64,000 bases of DNA from a virus (Duplodnaviria; Caudoviricetes): IMG/VR virus record IMGVR_UViG_3300012665_000528, positions 1 through 64,000 of that record, one strand, 5' to 3'. This document shows, in pieces, positions 17,397 through 26,648 of this stretch. The notes beneath the pieces are model-generated. The model was given only the letters and a program-made list of their open reading frames with translations. It did not search any database and had not been told where the DNA came from. A program made the position numbers and the translations under genes. Position 1 is the stretch's first letter. Each line of letters opens with the position of its first letter.

Positions 17397-18782
17397 ATGA
17401 ATTGGATAAACAACACAATTAGAAAAATAGAAGATTTGAAAAACGCAACAAGACAAAACAGAAATACAGTTAAGTTACAAGTAACTAAAACTCCACCAAG
17501 AGATGTAATTAGGGTAGAGTCTCTAACAGCCATACCTAAGATGCATCTAGAGATAAAGCCTGACTATGATAAATTGACAATGCTACTTGACATGAGAACT
17601 TATTCTAAGGGACCAACTCAAGATAAGTTTATTGACAAACTACAGACTCATTTCTCTACTTTAGGTGCAACTACTACCAAAGATGCCTATGGGAACTTAT
17701 ATGTAACTAAAGGTAATGCTGAATTCTATCCTTGTGTAGTAGCTCATACAGACATCAACCAAGAGGTAAGACATAATGTTAAGATTATGACTGCATATCC
17801 TTGGATGTTTGGCTTTGACACTGAAGAAGCAGAACAATGTGGTATGGGTGCTGACGATAAAGTCGGTGTTTACTTTGCAATACACATGTTTGATTTGTTT
17901 GACAACATAAAACTATTCTTCCCCAAAGACGAGGAGGTAGGTCTTATAGGTACTTACAAAGCAACCAAAGAGTTCTTTACAGATTGCAGTATGCTTGTTC
18001 AACTAGACAGAAACTCTTACAAGAATGACTTAATTACTTACACAAATGGTCTTACCGTATGTAGTGATGAGTTTGTAACAGCTGCTGGCTCTATCATGGA
18101 TAAGTATATGTACAAGAAGAACAACGGTAGTTGTACAGACATCGGTGGTCTAAAGAAGTACGATACGGTAAAATGTGTAGCAATGAACGTATCTTGTGGT
18201 TACATCAATGAGCATGGTGACAACGAGATGATCTCTATACCTCACTTTGAGAATGCAATTAACTTTGGTTATGAACTCTTGAAGATGGGTGTAGACAAAG
18301 TGTGGGAGCATAAGGCAGAAATTCCTGTGTATGAGAACACTCGTTATGGCGGTTATGGAAGCTATGGTACTTATGGTACTGGGTATAGCTGGGGTGCAAA
18401 AGCTGATAAAAGCTTTGACTTGTTTGATGACTTAGAGGATGAGAAAGTTAAAGTAAACTCTTACATAGCAAACACACCTGCAGGAGCTATTAAACTTCCT
18501 CTAGATTGTAAGGACCAAGACGACTACTACAACGAAGTCTATCCTGATTTGCACTCTCACGAGCTCAGAGACAAGTATCTAACTCATACGATTGGCTATC
18601 CGTCTTACGTAGATAACGAACCATCAGTACAGAGTGATATTGACGAAGCTTTAACAGATTTACTTTGCCCTAATTGTTGGGGACCTGTAGAGGTGGATAA
18701 TAGTTTATTGCTGTACGTTACCTGTGATTGTTGTGAAAGCACTTGGAACATACCTAATGAAAACTGTGCCACATATGAATAA
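17397..18782 (+). CDS. M28/M20-clan zinc peptidase-like protein with C-terminal Zn-ribbon
   Basis: VAHTD, GADDKVG, DEEVG, QLDR, GYINEH metal-ligand motifs; CPNC...CDCC. Confidence 0.8.
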   Translation: MNWINNTIRKIEDLKNATRQNRNTVKLQVTKTPPRDVIRVESLTAIPKMHLEIKPDYDKLTMLLDMRTYSKGPTQDKFIDKLQTHFSTLGATTTKDAYGNLYVTKGNAEFYPCVVAHTDINQEVRHNVKIMTAYPWMFGFDTEEAEQCGMGADDKVGVYFAIHMFDLFDNIKLFFPKDEEVGLIGTYKATKEFFTDCSMLVQLDRNSYKNDLITYTNGLTVCSDEFVTAAGSIMDKYMYKKNNGSCTDIGGLKKYDTVKCVAMNVSCGYINEHGDNEMISIPHFENAINFGYELLKMGVDKVWEHKAEIPVYENTRYGGYGSYGTYGTGYSWGAKADKSFDLFDDLEDEKVKVNSYIANTPAGAIKLPLDCKDQDDYYNEVYPDLHSHELRDKYLTHTIGYPSYVDNEPSVQSDIDEALTDLLCPNCWGPVEVDNSLLLYVTCDCCESTWNIPNENCATYE

Positions 18783-19029
18783 TTTACCCTACAATCATTA
18801 TGGAGAGAGTCTGGACACAAGTCCAGATTTTCTCTTAATGAAGAAAATCCATGAAGATAATCTTGAGTACTTGCAATTGTGTGGAGAAGATGTTACATTT
18901 GAAACCCCCTTATTAGAAAATATACCTTCTATCAGGCTAGAGTCGAAAGATGACCTGACGATAGAAAGAGACTTAAATCTAATAACAGAAACTAAACCAA
19001 CCCAAATAGATGAAAAAAACGTTTTATGA
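18724..19029 (+). CDS. Hypothetical protein (likely start 18775)
   Basis: ORF track. Confidence 0.55.
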   Translation: MIVVKALGTYLMKTVPHMNNLPYNHYGESLDTSPDFLLMKKIHEDNLEYLQLCGEDVTFETPLLENIPSIRLESKDDLTIERDLNLITETKPTQIDEKNVL

Positions 19030-19543
19030 GATTCTTTGGAGTCTTCTTGTAAAAGAAGGTATCAAGGACAAATGGATTGAGGAAGGCTTACTTATATCAA
19101 CTAAAAACACCTATTCATGGTCGCCTAAAGCCTTAGATTTACTAAGGCTTGAAGCTTCTATAGGTGAGTTAAAAGTTGATGAAAATGTCAAACTAAGTCC
19201 TAAAGTCAAAGTAGTAGTAGATTTATCGTGGATAGACGATTATGTAGTTAAGTTCAGTCATAAGAAAATAGGCATAGCAGGTAAAGCTACTGATAAAAAG
19301 ACTGTACTTAAAAAAATGGAAAACTTCATGCTAGAGTATGACTATACTGTAGAAGAGATACTAGGCGGTACAGATTTGTATGTGGATAATTTGTTGAGTG
19401 CAGGAAACATCAACTTTGTCCAGGAGTGTGGTTATTTTATCAGCAAGGTAGTCGATAAAGTACCTACTAGCAACTTGGCTAAGTGGTGTGAGGAGTTTAG
19501 AAATGGTGGTGCAAAAAGATATACTAGCCACAACATTCTGTAA
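19010..19543 (+). CDS. Hypothetical protein preceding the replicative helicase
   Basis: ORF track; position only. Confidence 0.7.
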   Translation: MKKTFYEILWSLLVKEGIKDKWIEEGLLISTKNTYSWSPKALDLLRLEASIGELKVDENVKLSPKVKVVVDLSWIDDYVVKFSHKKIGIAGKATDKKTVLKKMENFMLEYDYTVEEILGGTDLYVDNLLSAGNINFVQECGYFISKVVDKVPTSNLAKWCEEFRNGGAKRYTSHNIL

Positions 19544-19591
19544 TCAGTTTTTTCTTTTTCTTTTCCCTCTCACAACCCTAAAGTAGCCACT

Positions 19592-20692
19592 ATGAAGTTC
19601 GAAGATTTAATTAAAGTCATTGAACGTAACAAAACTATAAAAGAAAACTCAGGTATTACTTCGATTTTAAGTCCATTTGAAAGACTATCTCAAGTATATG
19701 GAGGATTTACTAAAAGTTCTATTACGTGTATTACAGCTTCTTCGGGAGTAGGAAAAACAAAGTTTGTAAAGTTCTTAACCATTGACAATGTCATAAGAAA
19801 GACTCACGGCACTCACATAAAACCCAAGATATTTTATTTTGCATTAGAAGAAAATGCTACTGACTTCTGGTTGTCTTTCATTTGTAGCTATTTGTATAAA
19901 AAGTACAAACTAAACATAAGTGTAACTCAACTTAAATCTATTGGTGCTTTTACTGTGAACGCAGAGTTAATGGCTAAAATCAAAGACGCTGAACGATACA
20001 TTACAGCATTACAAGAGATTGTAGATGTAGTAGACTACGTAAGAAACCCTACGGGGATTGTTAAATATGTAGAAGCTTACTTCAACAACCCTGAGATAGG
20101 AGAGTATACTTACAAAGTATTGGAAGATGGCAAAAGAATAACTACTGGGTATAAGTACAAGTCAGATGATTTATGGGTGTTTTGTGTTATTGATCACATC
20201 AGTCTTGTCTCTAATGAAACACAACCAGGAAATGCAGGTAAGTATAGTTCTTACCAAACATTCGACTTACTAGTTAAAGATTATGTATTAGAAAGATTCT
20301 CTAAAAGATATCAGATGGTAAATATTATTGTACATCAGCAGACTCCTTCCTCAGAGAAAGCAGTATACACTAATAAAGGAATGCTAATAGAAGAACGTAT
20401 AGAACCTTCGTTAGAAGAATTACACATCAATAAGGGAGTCCATCAAGACTATGAGATTGTAATGGGCTTATTTAACCCCTCAAGGTACGATATAGAGACA
20501 CACAACGGATATGATATAGCTCTGTTGGGTCGTGGGTATCGTGCTCTTAAATTCCTCAAGGATAGACACTACGGACTAGAAAACACTAGTCTTGGGTTAC
20601 ACTTTGAAGGTGCTAGTGGATTCTTTGAAGAATTACCTAAAGCAGAATTAATGATTAGTGGGAATCACTATGATAAATACACAAAAAGATAA
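19592..20692 (+). CDS. dnaB: DnaB-like (SF4) replicative helicase
   Basis: ASSGVGKT Walker A, FALEE, VIDHISL, ALKFLKDRHYG. Confidence 0.8.
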   Translation: MKFEDLIKVIERNKTIKENSGITSILSPFERLSQVYGGFTKSSITCITASSGVGKTKFVKFLTIDNVIRKTHGTHIKPKIFYFALEENATDFWLSFICSYLYKKYKLNISVTQLKSIGAFTVNAELMAKIKDAERYITALQEIVDVVDYVRNPTGIVKYVEAYFNNPEIGEYTYKVLEDGKRITTGYKYKSDDLWVFCVIDHISLVSNETQPGNAGKYSSYQTFDLLVKDYVLERFSKRYQMVNIIVHQQTPSSEKAVYTNKGMLIEERIEPSLEELHINKGVHQDYEIVMGLFNPSRYDIETHNGYDIALLGRGYRALKFLKDRHYGLENTSLGLHFEGASGFFEELPKAELMISGNHYDKYTKR

Positions 20693-21050
20693 CGTGAACA
20701 AGAAATTTAAATTTGGAATACATACACAACACATTCTAAAGACAATGTGTGGGATAATCAATGTAGATGTCCGAGAAATTAACTTTAATGCACCTGATTG
20801 GCAAGATATGTACAGTTGGTCATTTGCTAATGAAGTGGGTTTTCAAAACTGGCTCGTACATTATTTACAAGATAACCCTGCAGCTGTCTTAGAACTAATC
20901 AGTATGGATGCTATGGGAGGTAAAGAGAGGTGGATTGACAAAGCACCTCAAAGAATTGCTAAGAGGTTTACTTTATTTTATGGCTGGGCTTTAGATAGTT
21001 TTGAAGACGAGTTAAGTAAAGTTACCGAACAGACAACACACAAACACTAA
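20658..21050 (+). CDS. Hypothetical protein
   Basis: ORF track. Confidence 0.65.
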   Translation: MGITMINTQKDNVNKKFKFGIHTQHILKTMCGIINVDVREINFNAPDWQDMYSWSFANEVGFQNWLVHYLQDNPAAVLELISMDAMGGKERWIDKAPQRIAKRFTLFYGWALDSFEDELSKVTEQTTHKH

Positions 21051-21078
21051 TAAACAGATAAACAGATAAACTAAAATT

Positions 21079-21750
21079 ATGTCAAGCAAATTAATCGCAG
21101 TTGTAGGAGCCACAGGAAGTGGCAAATCCACATCCATCAAGTCATTAGACCCAAAGGAAACTTACATTATTAACGTAGCCCGTAAGGAGTTACCATTCAA
21201 AGGTGCAAACAGATTGTACAATGCAGAAAACAAGAACTACTTAGAAGTAGACGATGCTATCAGTATTGTTAAAGCTTTGCAAAGTATCAGTGAAAGAGGC
21301 ACCCACATTAAGCAAGTTATCCTAGATGATAGTAATTACATTATGGGATTTAGCATGGTTAAGAAGGCCACAGAGACGGGTTTTACCAAGTTTTCTATAA
21401 TGGCTAAGGACATGGTTACTCTATTAACTGAAGCACGTAAACTTAGGGACGACTTGAAAATCTTCTACTTTTCCCATCCCGAGGAGGTCATGGACGATGG
21501 AGCAATTATTTCCTACAAAATGAAAACAGCAGGCAAGCTGTTGGACAATCAGATTGTGCTAGAAGGTTTATTTACAATTGCATTGTATACTCACGTAGAC
21601 GAAGACAAGAACGGAGATGCAACGTATGAATTTGTAACTAACCGTTGGAAGAAATATCCAGCTAAATCACCTGCTGGTATGTTTGATGCTACAAGAATTC
21701 CTAACGACCTTAAAGAGGTTTGTGATAGAATCAATGAGTACTATTCGTAA
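21079..21750 (+). CDS. AAA-family ATPase (Sak4/AAA_24-like recombination protein)
   Basis: GATGSGKS Walker A, ILDD Walker B, YFSH, KYPAKSP. Confidence 0.8.
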   Translation: MSSKLIAVVGATGSGKSTSIKSLDPKETYIINVARKELPFKGANRLYNAENKNYLEVDDAISIVKALQSISERGTHIKQVILDDSNYIMGFSMVKKATETGFTKFSIMAKDMVTLLTEARKLRDDLKIFYFSHPEEVMDDGAIISYKMKTAGKLLDNQIVLEGLFTIALYTHVDEDKNGDATYEFVTNRWKKYPAKSPAGMFDATRIPNDLKEVCDRINEYYS

Positions 21751-21794
21751 CCAAGAAAAACAAAAACAAAACAACACTTTAAAACAAATTAATC

Positions 21795-22637
21795 ATGAAC
21801 TTAGAATCATTAGAAACAAGACAACCCAGCAGTTTTAGTAAGAAGCTGTACACAGGATTTGCTAACTTACAAATCATTGCAGTTAATCCTACTAGAGAAG
21901 AGATTGCTAAACTTTACGATGTAGATGTAGAGAAGACAAAAGAACCTAACTATTTCCTAGAGAACAGCACTAGGATTGATTTGTGGTATCGTAACCATTC
22001 AACACATTCAACACCATTGTTGGGCAAGTTTTGTATATTTATTTCAAAAGACTATCGTGTTAGTCAAGGAGGTAAGAATCAATACATTGATGCACATAGT
22101 CGTGTGTGTTGGGCAGATAGCATTAGCGATTTGTCTGCACGTAACGAAAGGTTGGCAGACTTCAACAAGTTAAACATTGGAACAGCACGTCAAGCTTTTA
22201 AAGGTGAAGAAGATATTCTTAACCTAATGAAAGTCTATGGTAACATCGATATCACCAATGGACCTTTTGCACTTGACGATTTTATTGCCATCGTAAAAGG
22301 TAATGTACGTGAGTTGACAGAGTTCTTTGACCACTTCAACAAGAAGAGTGGAGGTGTTAAAGTATTGTTTGGTGTTAAAGACGGTCAGTATCAAGATGTA
22401 TGTAGTTTGGTGTTCTTACCTGTGAATGGTAAAATCACTGACTATGCTACCAAACGTATTACAGCAGATGACTACGGCTACAAGCAGTATTATGGTAACT
22501 CTTTTGAGTTTAAGGAGTTTGTTGCAGAAGCAGAACCTACTAAAGCCACTGAGGTTTTAGATTGGGCTGACAACTCAACACCTGAGAAGAGCACGTCGAC
22601 TAGTCCATTTGTTAGTGATGACGAAGACATATTCTAA
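21795..22637 (+). CDS. Putative ssDNA-binding/annealing partner with acidic tail
   Basis: Follows the Sak4-like ATPase; ends SDDEDIF. Confidence 0.55.
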   Translation: MNLESLETRQPSSFSKKLYTGFANLQIIAVNPTREEIAKLYDVDVEKTKEPNYFLENSTRIDLWYRNHSTHSTPLLGKFCIFISKDYRVSQGGKNQYIDAHSRVCWADSISDLSARNERLADFNKLNIGTARQAFKGEEDILNLMKVYGNIDITNGPFALDDFIAIVKGNVRELTEFFDHFNKKSGGVKVLFGVKDGQYQDVCSLVFLPVNGKITDYATKRITADDYGYKQYYGNSFEFKEFVAEAEPTKATEVLDWADNSTPEKSTSTSPFVSDDEDIF

Positions 22638-22652
22638 TTAAACTTTCCAATC

Positions 22653-22679
22653 GTAGCAGGGGTCGAAAGGCCCCTACTA
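22653..22679 (+). terminator. GNRA-capped hairpin between operons
   Basis: AGGGGTC-GAAA-GGCCCCT; weak U-tract. Confidence 0.45.
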
Positions 22680-22692
22680 TTATATTAGAACT

Positions 22693-23658
22693 ATGAATTT
22701 AGAAGCATTAACTACGGTAATTACAAAAGAAACCCTATTGGCTAAGTATAGTCAAGAGATGGTTATGGAGTTTTATTTTGAGCAGCCTGTTCGATTAGGT
22801 AAGTTTTATTGCAATCCTTTTAGAGAGGACAAAACTCCTGGATGTAGATTCTTCTATACCCGCCAAGGATTTTTAGTGTTCAATGACTTCAGTATAAATA
22901 AACAGTACAACTGCTTCCAAGTAGCTGCCCTAAGAACAGGTAAGTCAATAACTGCCAATGAGATTAACTCTCAGATGGGAGGTGTGCCTACTAAGAGTCT
23001 TCCTAAACCTACAATAAGATTCTTTAACGAAGAAGAGAAACAAAGTAATACAACCATTAGTGTTAAGATAATGCCTTATACACAGGCAGACTTAGAGTAT
23101 TGGGCACAGTTTAACATTGGTTTGTCTACTTTGAAGAAGTTTAATGTACGTAAGGTAGAGAAAGCTTGGATTAATGGAGTACTAAAGTACATAGACTTAA
23201 AGTCAGACCCTTGTTACAGATATCAGGAGGGAGATAGAATTAAGTTGTACCGACCTAATAGCAGAAAGAATAAGTTTAGAAATAACTACACCGAAGAGTT
23301 AGAAGGTATTAAACATCTTCCAGAAAGAGGTAGTAAACTAATCATAACTAAAGCATTGAAAGATGTTATGACCTTTGACAGCATAGGGCTGTTGGCAGTA
23401 TGTCCTCGGTCAGAAACAAGTTTAATTAGTGAAAAGGTTATGGATGATTTACTCTCTCGATTTGATGAGGTATTTATCTGGTTTGACTCAGACCCTACTG
23501 GTGTTGAAAGGTCTATTATTCTCTATGAAAAGTACAAAGAACAGGGACTCATCCGCTTGACTCATAGTGAATTTCTAGCAAAAGATACCAGTGACATAGT
23601 AAAGTTATACGGAGTAGACAAACTAATAGAATTATGCAAACAGTGCGAGATATTGTAG
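22693..23658 (+). CDS. dnaG: DNA primase (Zn-domain-like N-terminus + TOPRIM)
   Basis: CNPFREDKTPGC, ITKALKD, WFDSD. Confidence 0.8.
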   Translation: MNLEALTTVITKETLLAKYSQEMVMEFYFEQPVRLGKFYCNPFREDKTPGCRFFYTRQGFLVFNDFSINKQYNCFQVAALRTGKSITANEINSQMGGVPTKSLPKPTIRFFNEEEKQSNTTISVKIMPYTQADLEYWAQFNIGLSTLKKFNVRKVEKAWINGVLKYIDLKSDPCYRYQEGDRIKLYRPNSRKNKFRNNYTEELEGIKHLPERGSKLIITKALKDVMTFDSIGLLAVCPRSETSLISEKVMDDLLSRFDEVFIWFDSDPTGVERSIILYEKYKEQGLIRLTHSEFLAKDTSDIVKLYGVDKLIELCKQCEIL

Positions 23659-24221
23659 AGATGGTTGTTAGGCATTGCTCTAAGGATGTAAATAATCTAG
23701 ATGCTTACTATGTAGACAAAACAGTGGCTATAATCTTAAACCTAGAAGAAATAAAGCCTTACAAGAATAAATCGTTTGGTGGTAGTCATAAAGGTAAACT
23801 AATGACAATCAATCCTTGTAGACTAATGACGGCACAAGAGTTGAAGATTGCTCAGATTGTATGTGAAACAACGCATACAGACTTTAATGACTTGTTCAGT
23901 AGAACTAGGAAACGCTGTGTAGTAGAAGTTCGTATGCAGTTGGTTAGTTTCTTTTACTTCTACCGTTCATACACCTATAGTAATCTGGGTAGTTTGTTTG
24001 GTAGAGACCACAGTACAATGATACACAACGTAACTACACACCAAGACTTAGTAGACGGTAACTATTTGTATGCTGTAAAATTCTACAATCTGATAAACAA
24101 AATCAAGGAAGAAATGCCTCACTTGTTTATAGAAAAGACAAAGCTAGAAGACCAATCTAAAGAGTATGCTAAGATTAAACTAGAACGTAGGGCTAAAAGA
24201 AACACACATGCTGCTAAATAA
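23634..24221 (+). CDS. DnaA domain IV (Bac_DnaA_C)-like DNA-binding protein
   Basis: RKRCVVEVRMQL...LGSLFGRDHSTMIH matches the DnaA C-terminal HTH signature. Confidence 0.8.
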   Translation: MQTVRDIVEMVVRHCSKDVNNLDAYYVDKTVAIILNLEEIKPYKNKSFGGSHKGKLMTINPCRLMTAQELKIAQIVCETTHTDFNDLFSRTRKRCVVEVRMQLVSFFYFYRSYTYSNLGSLFGRDHSTMIHNVTTHQDLVDGNYLYAVKFYNLINKIKEEMPHLFIEKTKLEDQSKEYAKIKLERRAKRNTHAAK

Positions 24222-24903
24222 ACGAATAGACATACCTGATGACTGGTATCACAAGTTAAAGCATTTTATAGAGTCTGATAAATTTACCTCTCTAGGTAGG
24301 CAAATTGCTCAAGTAAGAAAAACTACAACTGTCTACCCACCTAAGGAAGAAGTATTTAAAGCATTCCAACTAACTCCTTTTAGGCAAGTTCAAGTTGTTA
24401 TACTTGGTATGGATCCTTATCCAGGAGTTTATCAGGGTAAACCTGTGGCTTGTGGGTTAGCTTTTGCTCCAAGAAATACGGAATTTACAACTCCATCATT
24501 GAGGAAGATTTACGATAGAGTAAAAGAAGACTTCTATATGAATGAGTTATCCTTTCCAGTAGATCTAAACTTACACAAATGGGCAAGACAAGGAGTACTT
24601 TTACTTAACACAGCCCTTACAGTAGAGGCAGGTAAGTCGGGTAGTCATATGAAATTATGGTCAGAATGGACAGAAGAGGTACTTAAAGCTCTCAACGAGC
24701 ACAACACAGATGTTATCTTTTGCTTTTGGGGTAAGGACGCAGCTAAACATGCACACCTAATAGGAGAAAACAACATCGTATTAACATCTTCTCATCCAAT
24801 GGCTGCACACTACTCAGGTTCTCAATGGGACTGTGACCACTTTATTAAGATTAACGAACACTTAAAGAAACAAAACAACCACCCAATCAAATGGATAAAC
24901 TAG
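24208..24903 (+). CDS. ung: Uracil-DNA glycosylase, family 1
   Basis: ILGMDPY, WARQGVLLLNTALTV, SHP motifs. Confidence 0.92.
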   Translation: MLLNKRIDIPDDWYHKLKHFIESDKFTSLGRQIAQVRKTTTVYPPKEEVFKAFQLTPFRQVQVVILGMDPYPGVYQGKPVACGLAFAPRNTEFTTPSLRKIYDRVKEDFYMNELSFPVDLNLHKWARQGVLLLNTALTVEAGKSGSHMKLWSEWTEEVLKALNEHNTDVIFCFWGKDAAKHAHLIGENNIVLTSSHPMAAHYSGSQWDCDHFIKINEHLKKQNNHPIKWIN

Positions 24904-25139
24904 AAAATGTACTTGCTCTTTTGGAAACTCTAGAGGAAGGCAAAATACAAGATGTACGCATCCTCCAACAGATTAAACTCAATGATATACGGACTACTTT
25001 AAAGTCTTACATTGCTGACAGAATACACTTAGCAGAAAGTATCACTGCAGGTCGGGTGGATGAGTATAGCTATCATGAGAATGTAGCTAGACTAGATGAA
25101 CTAATTAAACTATCAAACAAAATAAACACATTAACTTAA
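24891..25139 (+). CDS. Hypothetical protein
   Basis: ORF track. Confidence 0.65.
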   Translation: MDKLENVLALLETLEEGKIQDVRILQQIKLNDIRTTLKSYIADRIHLAESITAGRVDEYSYHENVARLDELIKLSNKINTLT

Positions 25140-25144
25140 AAGAC

Positions 25145-25966
25145 ATGGAACTCGAAGCATTATTATCAAAATCAAACACAAATTGGACAGTGTCCAAACG
25201 TCCTCTAACAGGACCAGAAGGAGAACTTTCACCTGCATTTGGCATCTTTAGAGATGACAACCTAAGATGTTTAGGTACAGTTAAAAGTAAGTACACAATT
25301 ACCCAGAATCATGAGGTAGCTGCACTTATGGTAGAAGCTGCTGACACCCTAAACATTAAAGCCACACGTGGTGGTTATTTAGGTCACGGAGAAAGAGTTT
25401 ATTATCAGTTTGAACTACCACAAGTTCAGATCGGTGGATCAAACAACCTTAGATACCTCACAGGGCTTACAGCTCATGACGGCTTGACTAAAATTGGCTT
25501 CGGTGCAACTAACGTAGTTGTGGTATGTGCTAATACGTTTTACAGTGCATTACAAGACTGTGAATCAGTAAAACACACACCCAACCACAAGGGTAAACTG
25601 ACTCAGATCATCAATAGTTTGAAGTTATCTCTAACTGCAGAAGAAATGCTTGTAGAGAAACTAGTAAAACTAAGTAGAACAACAATCCCTAGCAAGATTG
25701 ATGATGACTTCTTAATTAGTATTCTAGGAGGTACAGTAGATACTTCTAGAACTAAGAACAGAATAGAAGGATTACGTAGTGCAATGATTCCTGAGTTCAA
25801 CACTCACGGAGAAACAGCTTACGGACTCTTTAACGCTGTAACTCGTTTTACAAATCACGTAGTAACCTACAAGGATGTAGATACTAAACGCAAGGCATTG
25901 ATGTTTGGTACTGCTGCTAGAATTAACGAGAATGCTCTAAAGCTAATAGAGTCTACTTACGCATAA
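25145..25966 (+). CDS. DUF932/DUF945-like phage/plasmid protein
   Basis: YTITQNHEV, LTAHDG, VVVCANT, TAYGLFNAVTRFTNH. Confidence 0.8.
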   Translation: MELEALLSKSNTNWTVSKRPLTGPEGELSPAFGIFRDDNLRCLGTVKSKYTITQNHEVAALMVEAADTLNIKATRGGYLGHGERVYYQFELPQVQIGGSNNLRYLTGLTAHDGLTKIGFGATNVVVVCANTFYSALQDCESVKHTPNHKGKLTQIINSLKLSLTAEEMLVEKLVKLSRTTIPSKIDDDFLISILGGTVDTSRTKNRIEGLRSAMIPEFNTHGETAYGLFNAVTRFTNHVVTYKDVDTKRKALMFGTAARINENALKLIESTYA

Positions 25967-25997
25967 CTTACCTGGAATTGGACAACCTACTTAGTAG

Positions 25998-26648
25998 GTG
26001 GGTTGTTCTTTTCCTTTTTATACAAACAAGATGTTAAATAGAAACAGTTCAAAAGAGAAAAAAATACCTGTAAAAGGTTTGGCTATAAAAGTTGAGAAAG
26101 TCTTAATCGATACAATATGCTCAGAATGTGGTAAAAAGCGCCCTTATAGTAACAAAACGAAGAAGTTATGTGCCGTTTGTGTGAAAAAATCACAAATAAT
26201 CAAGGTTAAGGAAAGAAAAGCCAAGGTAAGACAGAAGAAAGCCGAATCTATTGGTGTGTTGACTAAGAAACTAGACAGAATATTTAGCGTCTTTGTAAGA
26301 TTATCAGGGACTCAAGAAACAGGTTCTTGCACTTGTTTTACTTGTAGTAAAGTTTTGCACTGGCGGGAGATACAATGTGGACATTTTCAATCAAGAAGAT
26401 ACTACTCAACTCGATTTCATGAGCTAAATTGCAAGCCTCAGTGTTATGGATGTAACATAGGATTAAGTGGCGCACAATACATATTTGGAATAAACTTAGA
26501 TAAACTTCACGGACAAGGAACAGCTGACTCTATGGTTAGACTTTCTAAAGAGGTTAAAAAGTTTACAAGTCAGGAAATGATGACACTTATAGAACACTAT
26601 GAAAAGGAAGTATCTGAGTTAAGAAAAACATTAAACTTGTGGGAGTAA
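25998..26648 (+). CDS. ninG: NinG/Rap-like HNH-type nuclease (likely start 26031)
   Basis: LDRIFSVFVR, CFTC, QCGHF, NCKPQCYGCN. Confidence 0.8.
   Translation: MGCSFPFYTNKMLNRNSSKEKKIPVKGLAIKVEKVLIDTICSECGKKRPYSNKTKKLCAVCVKKSQIIKVKERKAKVRQKKAESIGVLTKKLDRIFSVFVRLSGTQETGSCTCFTCSKVLHWREIQCGHFQSRRYYSTRFHELNCKPQCYGCNIGLSGAQYIFGINLDKLHGQGTADSMVRLSKEVKKFTSQEMMTLIEHYEKEVSELRKTLNLWE

Larger units (their letters stand above)
4792..26014 (+). promoter_or_regulatory. Dispersed family of ~14 T(T/G)TTCTTT(T/A)CC-like elements, most directly after a hairpin (span given; sites are listed in findings)
   Basis: Sites at about 4795, 5158, 5574, 5738, 5960, 6165, 6540, 7155, 8151, 8658, 10790, 15781, 19555, 26003; all plus strand and intergenic. 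Confidence 0.7.

Noticed and set aside
19381-19389. Perfect DnaA box (TGTGGATAA) in the gene before the helicase
   Set aside because: Single, inside coding sequence, and about one such match is expected by chance.
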